From assembly GCA_965199495.1 (NCBI GenBank), contig CBDASK010000003.1, positions 2,592,001-2,656,000 on the forward strand: a stretch of DNA of 64,000 nt, given 5' to 3'. A program made the position numbers and the translations under genes. Below the pieces are notes generated by a model, which worked only from the letters and a program-made list of their open reading frames with translations, had not been told where the DNA came from and did not search any database. Of this stretch, positions 19,427-27,900 are shown piece by piece; the first letter of the stretch is position 1; each line of letters starts with the position of its first letter. This DNA is from Abditibacterium sp. (GTDB taxonomy: Bacteria; Armatimonadota; Abditibacteriia; Abditibacteriales; Abditibacteriaceae).

Positions 19427-19620
19427 AGAGTCACGCATTCGCGCCTCCCCCAGTTGCGCCTCTCATTGTCATGGGTGCGCAGTGAGGCACGAACGAAGTC
19501 GAAGCATCCACGATTCTGGACGAAACCAAAGCGAAGGCAACCCGCGACCTTTGGATTCTTCGACTTCGTTCGTGCCTCACTGCGCACCCATGACAAGTAG
19601 AGGCGCAACTCGTAACTCCT
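19427..19620. mobile_element. MITE-like element with (G/A)GAGT(T/C)ACG termini enclosing a long GTCATG...CATGAC palindrome
   Basis: Termini resemble those of 9155-9349; near-perfect inner arms of about 45 nt. Confidence 0.6.
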
Positions 19621-19953
19621 ATTTCCGATGGATTTTTCGCAGCAAATTCACTTTTGCGCACATACCAAAAAATTCTGGTTGACATCAAGGGCATCTCGGC
19701 ACTCAAAACTCATTGCTGCGGATAACAGCCAGTTTAGCCCTTCACTCAAATTATCAAACTACTCATTTATCGCTCTGATTTTACGATAAAATCGCCTAAT
19801 TACGCGTGAATTGACAGAATATCACTTATTGATAAGTAGAGAGAGAGAGAGTTGAATAAATGACAGTAAATCGCGTTTTATTTTCTGCTAACATATCAAG
19901 TGCTGGTGCAAAAACGTGAATTTTTGTGGCGACGCCCATCTCTCATTTCTCCG

Positions 19954-21462
19954 ATGCGACTTTCCGTCTTACGGCTCACACGCCAAAGTTTGTTAGCGAC
20001 TTTCCTCGTCGCGACTTGCGGTGTGAGTAGCCACGGCGGCGCGGCATGGGCGGGCGAGAAGGCATCGGACGAACCCGAAACGGTGGCGCCAGTCACCTTT
20101 GGCGCGGCGACAACGCCAGCGAAATCCTCCGGCGTGGCTGTGGGAGAACCTGAAGTGTTGGCACCCATCGGATTTGGCGCGGCGTCCGCGAAAACGCAGG
20201 TCGCGCCCTTGAATGTGAGCGGGACAAAACCAGCATCGGCGGCGCCCATCGGATTCGACTTGAGCAACACGGCGCGCGACGTGGCATTGACTCAGGTCAA
20301 AGCGGGCACGCTGACGCTGGAACAGGCGTGGCAAAGCGGCGCGTTGACTTACGATAATATCGCCGATTTGTTCGACCATCCCGCTGATCCGTGGGTTATC
20401 AACGAAAACAAAACTGATGGCGGTTTGCATCGCCAGCTTATCACTTTGCTATTGCAACACGAGGGCGCGCGGATGCAAAGCCCGGATAAAGTTTCGTTGC
20501 GAATGCGCTTGTGGCTGGCCGATTACTATTGGTCGCAAAGAGACGCCAAAGCCGTCGCGGTGGGCCAGAAATTGTTGAACGAGTTTCCGCCGCCCGCCCT
20601 TGGGCCGCAGATGATCGCCTATCAAGCCAACGAGCGCATCGCGTGGTTTTATCGTGACCAAAGGCAACCGCAGAAGAGCGCCGAGACGTGGCTCCATTGG
20701 AAAGCGTATCAGGGCGGCCCAGATTGGGCGCTCATCAACGCCAAACTGGAAGCGGCGCGCGAACTGGAAAAGGTGGGGCCAGAGAACGCCGGGCAGGTGA
20801 GCCAATTACGCCAAGAAATCGTCGCAGAAAAAGACGGTTGGATAACCGCTCTGGTTTATCACGACGAATATGACGCTCTGCTGGCGGCGGGCCAAACCGA
20901 AGCGGCGCGGCGCGCCTTGAGCCAACCGATAGAAGCGATAACTAACATCTCGCAAGGGCATATTGCTCAAAACGCGTGGCTGGCGAACATCGCTTACCAA
21001 TCGGGCGACTTGAACGAGACGTTACGCCTTACCAAAGAAGCGCTGGCGCAAAACATGGAAGGTGTGGGACAATCGTCGGTCAAAGGTTTGTTGGAACAAG
21101 CGCGCGAACTCTACAATCGCGCCGGAGGATGGAGAACTCAGCCCATCCAGACCGACACCAAAGAAGTCGTATTTCAAGCCAACCTCTCGCAACCCGACCA
21201 ACCGCTCTACGCGCGATTCCACATCAAAACGTATGGCGATACCTCGATCACTGCGAGTGTTGATAATCCCAATATTCAAGCGCGCGTGCTGCCAGTCAAT
21301 AACTGGCAGCACGCAGGTTTAAACGTGCACGAAGAAGAGATGGAGGTGATAGTTCAAAGCAATTCATTGAACAAATTCAAGGACGTGCCGCTCACGCTTT
21401 CGAGCGCGACGCGCGGCAAAACGACAACAATCCGACTTTCTCTGGTAGAAAAGTCGGCCTGA
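19954..21462 (+). CDS. Hypothetical exported TPR-like protein with C-terminal Ig-like domain
   Basis: Signal peptide ending AWA; three AP(V/I)xF repeats; helical middle region; beta-rich C-terminus. Start codon uncertain (19900 or 19954). Confidence 0.7.
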   Translation: MRLSVLRLTRQSLLATFLVATCGVSSHGGAAWAGEKASDEPETVAPVTFGAATTPAKSSGVAVGEPEVLAPIGFGAASAKTQVAPLNVSGTKPASAAPIGFDLSNTARDVALTQVKAGTLTLEQAWQSGALTYDNIADLFDHPADPWVINENKTDGGLHRQLITLLLQHEGARMQSPDKVSLRMRLWLADYYWSQRDAKAVAVGQKLLNEFPPPALGPQMIAYQANERIAWFYRDQRQPQKSAETWLHWKAYQGGPDWALINAKLEAARELEKVGPENAGQVSQLRQEIVAEKDGWITALVYHDEYDALLAAGQTEAARRALSQPIEAITNISQGHIAQNAWLANIAYQSGDLNETLRLTKEALAQNMEGVGQSSVKGLLEQARELYNRAGGWRTQPIQTDTKEVVFQANLSQPDQPLYARFHIKTYGDTSITASVDNPNIQARVLPVNNWQHAGLNVHEEEMEVIVQSNSLNKFKDVPLTLSSATRGKTTTIRLSLVEKSA

Positions 21463-21521
21463 CTTCCCTCACAACCGGCGTTCGAGAACGCCAAAATTCA
21501 ACGAGTTTTAAAACTCAAATC

Positions 21522-21881
21522 ATGAAACATCAAATTTCAAAAGTCGCGCTCATCGCGGCACTTGCCTTCATTGGCATCGGCTTCGCCGGAACTCAAAAAG
21601 CGAATGCGACCAATTGCGATCCCCAAGAGCCTGCTGATCATATCGATTGTGGTAGCACAACTATCTACAACGATGGAAGTTACTCTGGCTATTTAGTTTG
21701 TGAAGGCCAAGTGACTACCTTCGTAGGGGATGGAGGTTGCTGGGATACGGACGGCAATTGCCATGGTGATTCACAATATAGGGCATTCGTTGGAACAAAA
21801 CAATGCACGGATGCGCAAACGGGTGTAACGCAATCATGTGATTCGACATTCTACAATCGCTCAGGAGATTGTTACAGCTAA
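21522..21881 (+). CDS. Small secreted cysteine-rich protein (8 Cys in about 90-aa mature chain)
   Basis: Sec signal ending ANA; Cys in TNC, IDC, LVC, GGC, GNC, KQC, QSC and GDC. Confidence 0.8.
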   Translation: MKHQISKVALIAALAFIGIGFAGTQKANATNCDPQEPADHIDCGSTTIYNDGSYSGYLVCEGQVTTFVGDGGCWDTDGNCHGDSQYRAFVGTKQCTDAQTGVTQSCDSTFYNRSGDCYS

Positions 21882-21898
21882 GGATCAGAAGATTCCGA

Positions 21899-21947
21899 CA
21901 ATTATAGTGGGGAAAATTAACTCAAATATTTCCACCCGCTATAATTG
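21899..21947 (+). terminator. Stem-loop after the Cys-rich peptide gene (terminator or mRNA stabiliser)
   Basis: CAATTATAGTGGG...CCCGCTATAATTG. Confidence 0.55.
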
Positions 21948-21973
21948 TTGAGATTGTTTATCTTGATACAAAA

Positions 21974-23461
21974 ATGATCAATACAAAAAACACCAGAAAC
22001 GTAATTCTCAAATGGCATGTAGTAGTTCAGCTCTCTGCGCTCAGCCTTTTTCCCGTTTGTGCTACAGCCCAAGTTAAACAATCGTCGCCCATTTATACAG
22101 GTAGTGAGATTCCTGGAGATCCTGAAAATGGCACTAAAGATCTGAAAAACTTATTCAAATATTTGAAAGTTTTTCAAATAGCCAATGGCATTTATCCTTC
22201 CCGATCTAAGCCGATTACGGTTGATATTATCCGGAATCCGAAGACTTATGGATTTGAAACATCCAAAGAGGCTGTCGAATCTTTGGTGAATATGGATGAT
22301 AAATTCAATGATAATCCCTTCGTCAGATCTAATCCCAGGAGCGGACTTCCAGCTGTATTTTATAAGCGCCCCAATGGACAGGATATAGGCGAAATAAAGA
22401 AGAAAGGAGAAGTGGATGCTGTCGCTTTCTCTGATACTTATGTTCACTACAATGGAGGTGATGTATCGAAAAACATTCATCGGCCCAATCCTATTGGTTT
22501 TTACTTAGTCTTATATGAAGATGGAGCGATTGAAAGAGTTCCTTACGACAAGCAGTATTACGTCTATGGATCGGGGGGAAGCCCCGCAGGGCTTACGGGA
22601 CTAACATATACAGCGGCTTTTCCTCATCAAGCTGGAGTGCCTTACAACACCTTATCCTATGAGGAATATTGGGATGTGATTTTCGGGAGAAAAGCTTTCC
22701 CCTTTCCGCCACTTGGATATAGAACATTAAAGGGGAATCCACTGCCGGTTCCCGATAATGGAGAGGCTGAGGGAGTGTTGAACCTGCTAAGACAATGGCA
22801 ACCCAATATCGAAAGAAGTCAGGTTTGGGGCGCCCTCGACAAATTTGGCGCGAATAATCCTTCGCTTTCTGATTTGACTTCTGTTACAGATAAACTCGGC
22901 GTGAGCACTCAATTGCAAAAGTTGAGTTTGAAGGAGCTTCAACAGAAAGGTGTGCCTGCGCTAATGCTTTTACCTGATGATGGGCGCATAGTAGCCATGC
23001 TTGCCGTTGATTCTGATTTTGCAGTTATCATTGATAGAGGACGAACCTTCATTATTGAACTCGCAAAATTGCAAGAGCGTCTTGGAAATCAACAGTTTGA
23101 AGCCCTCGTGCCGACCAAAGCTCTGACACAAAACGCCGCGATTGTTGCCGACAACGCGGTGCGCGAAGTGAAGTTGCCCTCGCTCGATGCCGAAGTGCCG
23201 CAACAATTTACGTTGCGCAACACGGGAGCCACGCCGATTACGTTGCAACTGGAATATCCGTTGTTGGGCGTGACCGAATCGAAGTTGAGTAAAGACGTTA
23301 TCGCGCCGGGCGAGACGGCGACGCTCGACCTCAAAGTCAAGTGGCGCTCGATTCTCAAGGCGCCTTACCAGAACGTGTTAGTTTCGATTCAAACCAACGA
23401 TCCCATCGTACCGCGTTTGCAACTCGCGGTTTTGCTCACGCCGCCCAAAGCGGCTCAGTAA
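21974..23461 (+). CDS. Exported multidomain protein: DUF1559-like N-region, degenerate peptidase-C39-like domain, DUF1573-like Ig domain
   Basis: PSLSDLTSVTDKLGVSTQLQKLSLKELQQKGVPALM matches the C39 pattern; FTLRNTGATPI...IAPGETATL...IQTNDP matches DUF1573. Confidence 0.65.
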   Translation: MINTKNTRNVILKWHVVVQLSALSLFPVCATAQVKQSSPIYTGSEIPGDPENGTKDLKNLFKYLKVFQIANGIYPSRSKPITVDIIRNPKTYGFETSKEAVESLVNMDDKFNDNPFVRSNPRSGLPAVFYKRPNGQDIGEIKKKGEVDAVAFSDTYVHYNGGDVSKNIHRPNPIGFYLVLYEDGAIERVPYDKQYYVYGSGGSPAGLTGLTYTAAFPHQAGVPYNTLSYEEYWDVIFGRKAFPFPPLGYRTLKGNPLPVPDNGEAEGVLNLLRQWQPNIERSQVWGALDKFGANNPSLSDLTSVTDKLGVSTQLQKLSLKELQQKGVPALMLLPDDGRIVAMLAVDSDFAVIIDRGRTFIIELAKLQERLGNQQFEALVPTKALTQNAAIVADNAVREVKLPSLDAEVPQQFTLRNTGATPITLQLEYPLLGVTESKLSKDVIAPGETATLDLKVKWRSILKAPYQNVLVSIQTNDPIVPRLQLAVLLTPPKAAQ

Positions 23462-23463
23462 TT

Positions 23464-23494
23464 AAAAAGGGACGAGCGATGCTCGTCCCTTTTT
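23464..23494 (+). terminator. Probable intrinsic terminator
   Basis: AAAAGGGACGAGC-GAT-GCTCGTCCCTTTTT. Confidence 0.7.
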
Positions 23495-23528
23495 GTTTTC
23501 ACTTCCTCTCTTCCCTCCCCTCTATCTC

Positions 23529-25253
23529 ATGAACTCGAAACCGTTTCTTCTCGGCCTGTGCTTGCTCTCGTCCGGCACCGTCGTTTTCGCTCAACCCCTC
23601 GCCGACCCGTTCGCTGCTTTTGTCGCAGCGCCCGTTGTTTCGCAGCGCCAAACCGTGTCGCTGGCGCAACTCGCCAAAATCGGCAAACCAGCTTTGCTGA
23701 ACTTGCGCGAACCGCTTAACGGTTCCAAGAGCGCTATGGTCATCGCGTGGGGCAAAGACGGCGTTTTGCTTTCGATGGATGGCGCGTTCGTCTTTCAGAC
23801 GATAGCACAAGCCGAGGCGCTTTATGACGGCAACGCGCTCGTGCCGACTTTGCCCGCGTCGGCGTTGCAGATTGAAAACGCGATGCAAGTCGTGCCGATC
23901 ACGTCGCTGGGCGACGATGCGCAGGTCATCGCGCATTACGCCGTGCGCAATACTGGCGCAACGCCGATTGATGTTTCGGTCGCCTCGACCTCGTGCGGTT
24001 GCACCGGCGCGACATTGGATAAAAGCACCATCGAAGCGGGCGGCAGCGCGATACTTACGGCGACGATGCACGCGTCGGACGAACGTCTGGTGCGCGTCAC
24101 GCTCAACAGCAACGACGCGGCCAATCCGCATCCGATTGTCGGCATTCAGTCCAAACGCACCTTCGCGCCGTTTCAAGTGCCGTCGCCGGTTTCGCTGTTT
24201 GGCGAGAAGGGCCAAATCATCAGCGCCAATACCGAGTTCGAGTTGCCCGTCGGCTGGAAGGTCGCGCGCGTCGTCGCATCGCCCGATTGGTTGCAAACCA
24301 AACTCGAACCGCAAGCCGCCGTCGCGAACGCGAACGCGACAGCGTTGCCGCGTTATCGTCTGGCGGTGACGGCGCCCGTTTCGGCGCCCGAAGGCACGCT
24401 GAGCGGGCAAATCAAACTCGAATTGACTGGTGCGCCCGTCAATTCGTTGTCGGTGCCGATTAGCGGTTTTGTCTCCAACGATATTTCGGCCTCGCCGCGC
24501 TTGATTAGCCTGAAAGATTCGCCGCAGGGTTTGGCGCGCCGCGTCGTGGTGATTCATGGCCCGCGTCCATTCTCGATTCGCGCGATTAAGTCGCCCTTAA
24601 AAGGTTTCGAGGCGCATTTCGAGCCGACGATTGAAGCCCGCGCGCACGCCGTCGAATTAGTCGTGCCCGTGGCTGGTCAAGTCGGCGCTGCGTTTTTCGA
24701 GCGCGCCGCCGTCACGCTTTCCGATGGCCGCGAATTGCCGCTCGACATCATGGGCAGCGTCGGCGAAGGCACGCTTCCGTCTTTGGCCGCTCCGGTCGTG
24801 TTGAACGCGCTCGCGCCCAAATTCAGCGGTTTGGACGCCGATGGCAAAACTGTCGCTTCGACGGATTACCTCGGCAAATCGAATTTGCTGTTGACGTTCT
24901 TTCCGCACTGTTTCACTGGAGGCTGCGAATCGCATTTATCGAGTCTGCGCGATGCTTATCCAGCGCTTGCAGCCACCGGCACGCGCGTCGTGGCTGTCTC
25001 GACCGACGATGCGGCGCAAGTCAAAGCGTTTGCCACTCAATTGAATTTGCCGTTTCCCGTCGTCAGCGATACCTCGCGCCAAATCGCGCTGGCGTTTGGC
25101 GCCGCACAAAACAAAAGCGAGGCGCCCTCGCGCATCTCGATTTTGATTGACAAGCGTGGCATCGTGCGTTGGATTGACACCGACGTTCACGTCAAATCGC
25201 ATGGCGCCGATATGCTAAGCAAAATCAACGAATTAAGTTTGAATGCGCGCTGA
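23529..25253 (+). CDS. Exported DUF1573 / AhpC-TSA (peroxiredoxin-like) fusion protein
   Basis: Signal peptide; VRNTGATPI...TSCGCT (DUF1573); C-terminal FFPHCFTGGC PxxxTxxC motif, VSTDD and SRISILIDKRG. Confidence 0.8.
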   Translation: MNSKPFLLGLCLLSSGTVVFAQPLADPFAAFVAAPVVSQRQTVSLAQLAKIGKPALLNLREPLNGSKSAMVIAWGKDGVLLSMDGAFVFQTIAQAEALYDGNALVPTLPASALQIENAMQVVPITSLGDDAQVIAHYAVRNTGATPIDVSVASTSCGCTGATLDKSTIEAGGSAILTATMHASDERLVRVTLNSNDAANPHPIVGIQSKRTFAPFQVPSPVSLFGEKGQIISANTEFELPVGWKVARVVASPDWLQTKLEPQAAVANANATALPRYRLAVTAPVSAPEGTLSGQIKLELTGAPVNSLSVPISGFVSNDISASPRLISLKDSPQGLARRVVVIHGPRPFSIRAIKSPLKGFEAHFEPTIEARAHAVELVVPVAGQVGAAFFERAAVTLSDGRELPLDIMGSVGEGTLPSLAAPVVLNALAPKFSGLDADGKTVASTDYLGKSNLLLTFFPHCFTGGCESHLSSLRDAYPALAATGTRVVAVSTDDAAQVKAFATQLNLPFPVVSDTSRQIALAFGAAQNKSEAPSRISILIDKRGIVRWIDTDVHVKSHGADMLSKINELSLNAR

Positions 25254-25274
25254 ATATTTGCGGCGCTAAAACCG

Positions 25275-25312
25275 AAAAAGCGGTTCCTTTTTGAATAAAG
25301 GAGCCGCTTTTT
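25275..25312. terminator. Bidirectional intrinsic terminator
   Basis: AAAAAGCGGTTCCTTT...AAAGGAGCCGCTTTTT between convergent genes. Confidence 0.7.
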
Positions 25313-25327
25313 CGTCACGCCAAAAAT

Positions 25328-27613
25328 TTACCGACCTTTGACGGTCAGCGTGATCGGGTCGCTGGTGGCGTTGGCGCCGTCGGTTTGCGTGGCCGAAATC
25401 ACGTAGCGCAAATTCGAGACGTTTTTGCGTTGGGGCAATTGGATTTGATTGGTCTGCCAGTTGCCGTTCTGGTCAACGCGCACCTGCTGCGTGCCCAAAT
25501 CTTCGTTGTATTCGAGGATGAACAATTGCGTTCCGGTCGCCACAATGGAGACGTTCACGGTCGCGCCGGGCGCGCCTTTGCCGCTCACGACGAGTGGGCT
25601 GTTCACGCTGGCGCCGTTGGTTGGCGAATTCACGGTTAAATTAACGGGCGCAGCCAAAATCTGCACGGGCGCCGTGGCTGGTGTCGTGGTTGAAGTGCCA
25701 TCGCCGGGCGAGAAACGACCGACAAAACGCAGGTTGCCCGACGCGTTATCCGGCACGCTGTAATTGGCGCGATAAGTTCCGGGCGTATTGCGATCTTCGG
25801 TCATCGGCAAATTGGTCGAAATCGCGCGGTTGTTGTCGTCAATTACATCGAAGCTGGCCTGTCCCGCCGGGTTGGCTTGCAAAATCAGCGGCACGGTTTC
25901 GCCGGTATTCATCGCGCGCGTCGCGCCCTGCTCGAACGATTGAATGCCGCCAGCCACGCCGTTCGCCACGTTGAACCCAAAGTTCGCCGTCGTCGAGTTG
26001 CCCGCTTTGTCCGAAATCACCGCGCGCACGCTGACTTGGCCTGATAAATCCTGCGGCACGACAGCATTAATCGAAGTCGGCGGCGCCACGGTCGCCTGAA
26101 CCGGCAAGCGCAGGTTACCGTTGACGATTTCCATCGTCGCGCCACCCAAGCCCGAACCGTTCAAATCGTCGGCGAAAACCACGATGTTGGGCTTGCTCAC
26201 GCTGACGGTCGAATTGTTGGCCGGGAAGGTGCCAAAAATGCGCGGCGCCACGGTGTCAATTGTCACCGGCTCGCCGCTAAGCGCGGTCGCTTCAATGCCG
26301 TTGGCCGCCGTCAGGCGCGCCAGAATGCGCGCTTCCAAAACGTCGTCGCCGTTTTTTACCGTATAAGAACCATTATAAACGCCCGGTTGCGTGGTGGATT
26401 CGTAGAGCGGCACGTTCTGGATTTTTGCGCCCAGCGAAAACGCCAGACGCTGGCCGGTTGTCGCGCGCACCGTTACGTCGAGGCGACTGCCCGCCTTGAG
26501 CGGGCCGTTGGCGTTGTGCTGCACCAACTGAATTTGCGGCGCGTTATTGTTGGGAATTCCGCCGCCCGGAATTGGATCGGGATTGCCCGTGTTGCCGCCG
26601 CCATTGATTGTGTAATCGGGCGCATAGGCCGAAACGCGATAGACCTGACGATTCTCGCGCGACAAAAACAGCGCGACGCTATCGCCCTGCTTCAGGTTGG
26701 CGGTCGAGGCGGTTTTGCCCTGCGGATCAACGTAGCTCAAGTTGTTGCCCAGAGTTAAAGTTGTGTCGTTGTTATCGTCCAAAACGATGGTATTGCCCGC
26801 CGCGAACTGCACTTTGGCCACCACAACCGTCGCGGCGGTGATGACCTGCGTGACGCGTCCGGTCGCGTCCAAGTTCAGGCGCACATCGTCGCCGTTGTCG
26901 AGGCTGCTCAGAGCCACGCCGCGCGCCGGTTGGCGTAGCGGCGTCGCGCCCGGCGTGCTGGCGATGGACAATTGCGACAATCCGACCGCGCCCGGCGCGA
27001 GCGGGAAAATCCGCGTTTGCCCATCGGCGTTAATGGTGATGGTGTTGCCCGCCGTGTTGATGTTGGTCAACGTGCCGCTAAGGCTGGTGCCGCCCGGCAC
27101 CACATACGTTGGGCCAGTCGGCGTGGTTTGGCCGCCGCCTGTGCCGCCCGCCGTGGCTGGTGAGGTGATGGCGACGCTTTGGGTCGTCGCGTTGAAAACC
27201 ACGTTGGCGCCGAATGCCTCGCCGACGAAACGAAGCGGCACGAGCGTGCGCCCGAAAACGGCTTGCGCTGGCACATCCAAGGTGCTGCGCTGACCATTGA
27301 TAATCGCTTGATCGGAGCCGATATTCAGTTCGAGATTAGTCGTACCGCGCACGGCTTTGATGGTGCCGTTGGAATAGCTCACCGTCGCGCCCAACGCCTC
27401 GAAAATGGCGCGCAACGGCACCAGCAAGCGACCGCCCGCGTTGACGGGCGGTTGGTCGGGGAAAACGAGCGGGCGATTGTCAACTGTCACGCTCACCGAT
27501 GAAGGCGTGAGCGCCTGCGCGCGCGCGGGCGTCGTGGCTATAAAAGGCGCGGCGGCGAGCGGAACGAGGGCTAAAGTGGCGGCGAGTCGCGCGATATTAG
27601 TGGATTTTTTCAT
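25328..27613 (-). CDS. Copper amine oxidase N-terminal (stalk) domain surface protein with Ig-like repeats
   Basis: Signal peptide; GRLLVPLRAIFEALGATV and GRTLVPLRFVGEAFGA; PGVYNGSY and PGTYRANY Ig-like motifs. Confidence 0.85.
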   Translation of the reverse strand: MKKSTNIARLAATLALVPLAAAPFIATTPARAQALTPSSVSVTVDNRPLVFPDQPPVNAGGRLLVPLRAIFEALGATVSYSNGTIKAVRGTTNLELNIGSDQAIINGQRSTLDVPAQAVFGRTLVPLRFVGEAFGANVVFNATTQSVAITSPATAGGTGGGQTTPTGPTYVVPGGTSLSGTLTNINTAGNTITINADGQTRIFPLAPGAVGLSQLSIASTPGATPLRQPARGVALSSLDNGDDVRLNLDATGRVTQVITAATVVVAKVQFAAGNTIVLDDNNDTTLTLGNNLSYVDPQGKTASTANLKQGDSVALFLSRENRQVYRVSAYAPDYTINGGGNTGNPDPIPGGGIPNNNAPQIQLVQHNANGPLKAGSRLDVTVRATTGQRLAFSLGAKIQNVPLYESTTQPGVYNGSYTVKNGDDVLEARILARLTAANGIEATALSGEPVTIDTVAPRIFGTFPANNSTVSVSKPNIVVFADDLNGSGLGGATMEIVNGNLRLPVQATVAPPTSINAVVPQDLSGQVSVRAVISDKAGNSTTANFGFNVANGVAGGIQSFEQGATRAMNTGETVPLILQANPAGQASFDVIDDNNRAISTNLPMTEDRNTPGTYRANYSVPDNASGNLRFVGRFSPGDGTSTTTPATAPVQILAAPVNLTVNSPTNGASVNSPLVVSGKGAPGATVNVSIVATGTQLFILEYNEDLGTQQVRVDQNGNWQTNQIQLPQRKNVSNLRYVISATQTDGANATSDPITLTVKGR

Positions 27614-27722
27614 GATTTTTAAAGAGTCAAAGAGTTCTTCTCAGAAGTCAAGGGCGCTTAAATCTGCAAAACGAGCGCCACGAATTTGTAATGTTTATGC
27701 GAATGAGCAGAATATTGATGAG

Positions 27723-27840
27723 GGCTTGCGCGGCAAGCCCCTACGAAATCCGCGAAATTCGTCTGAGACGGTTGGGCCGCTTCTGCAACAGGCGGCAAGC
27801 TACAACCCCGCGAAAATCGTAGGGGCTTGCCGCGCAAGCC
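27723..27840. repeat. GTAG-REP doublet, family B (GTAG ends facing inward)
   Basis: GGCTTGCGCGGCAAGCCCCTACGA ... TCGTAGGGGCTTGCCGCGCAAGCC. Confidence 0.8.
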
Positions 27841-27900
27841 ATTGGACACGCCACAAGGCCACGAAACAATCGCGCGCCAGAACTGGCAAACTAAAAGGGT

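Noticed and set aside
21522..21881. Classical RiPP precursor (lanthipeptide, ranthipeptide or double-glycine bacteriocin)
   Set aside because: It has a Sec-type signal rather than a GG leader, and there is no radical SAM, Lan, YcaO or peptidase-ABC transporter nearby.
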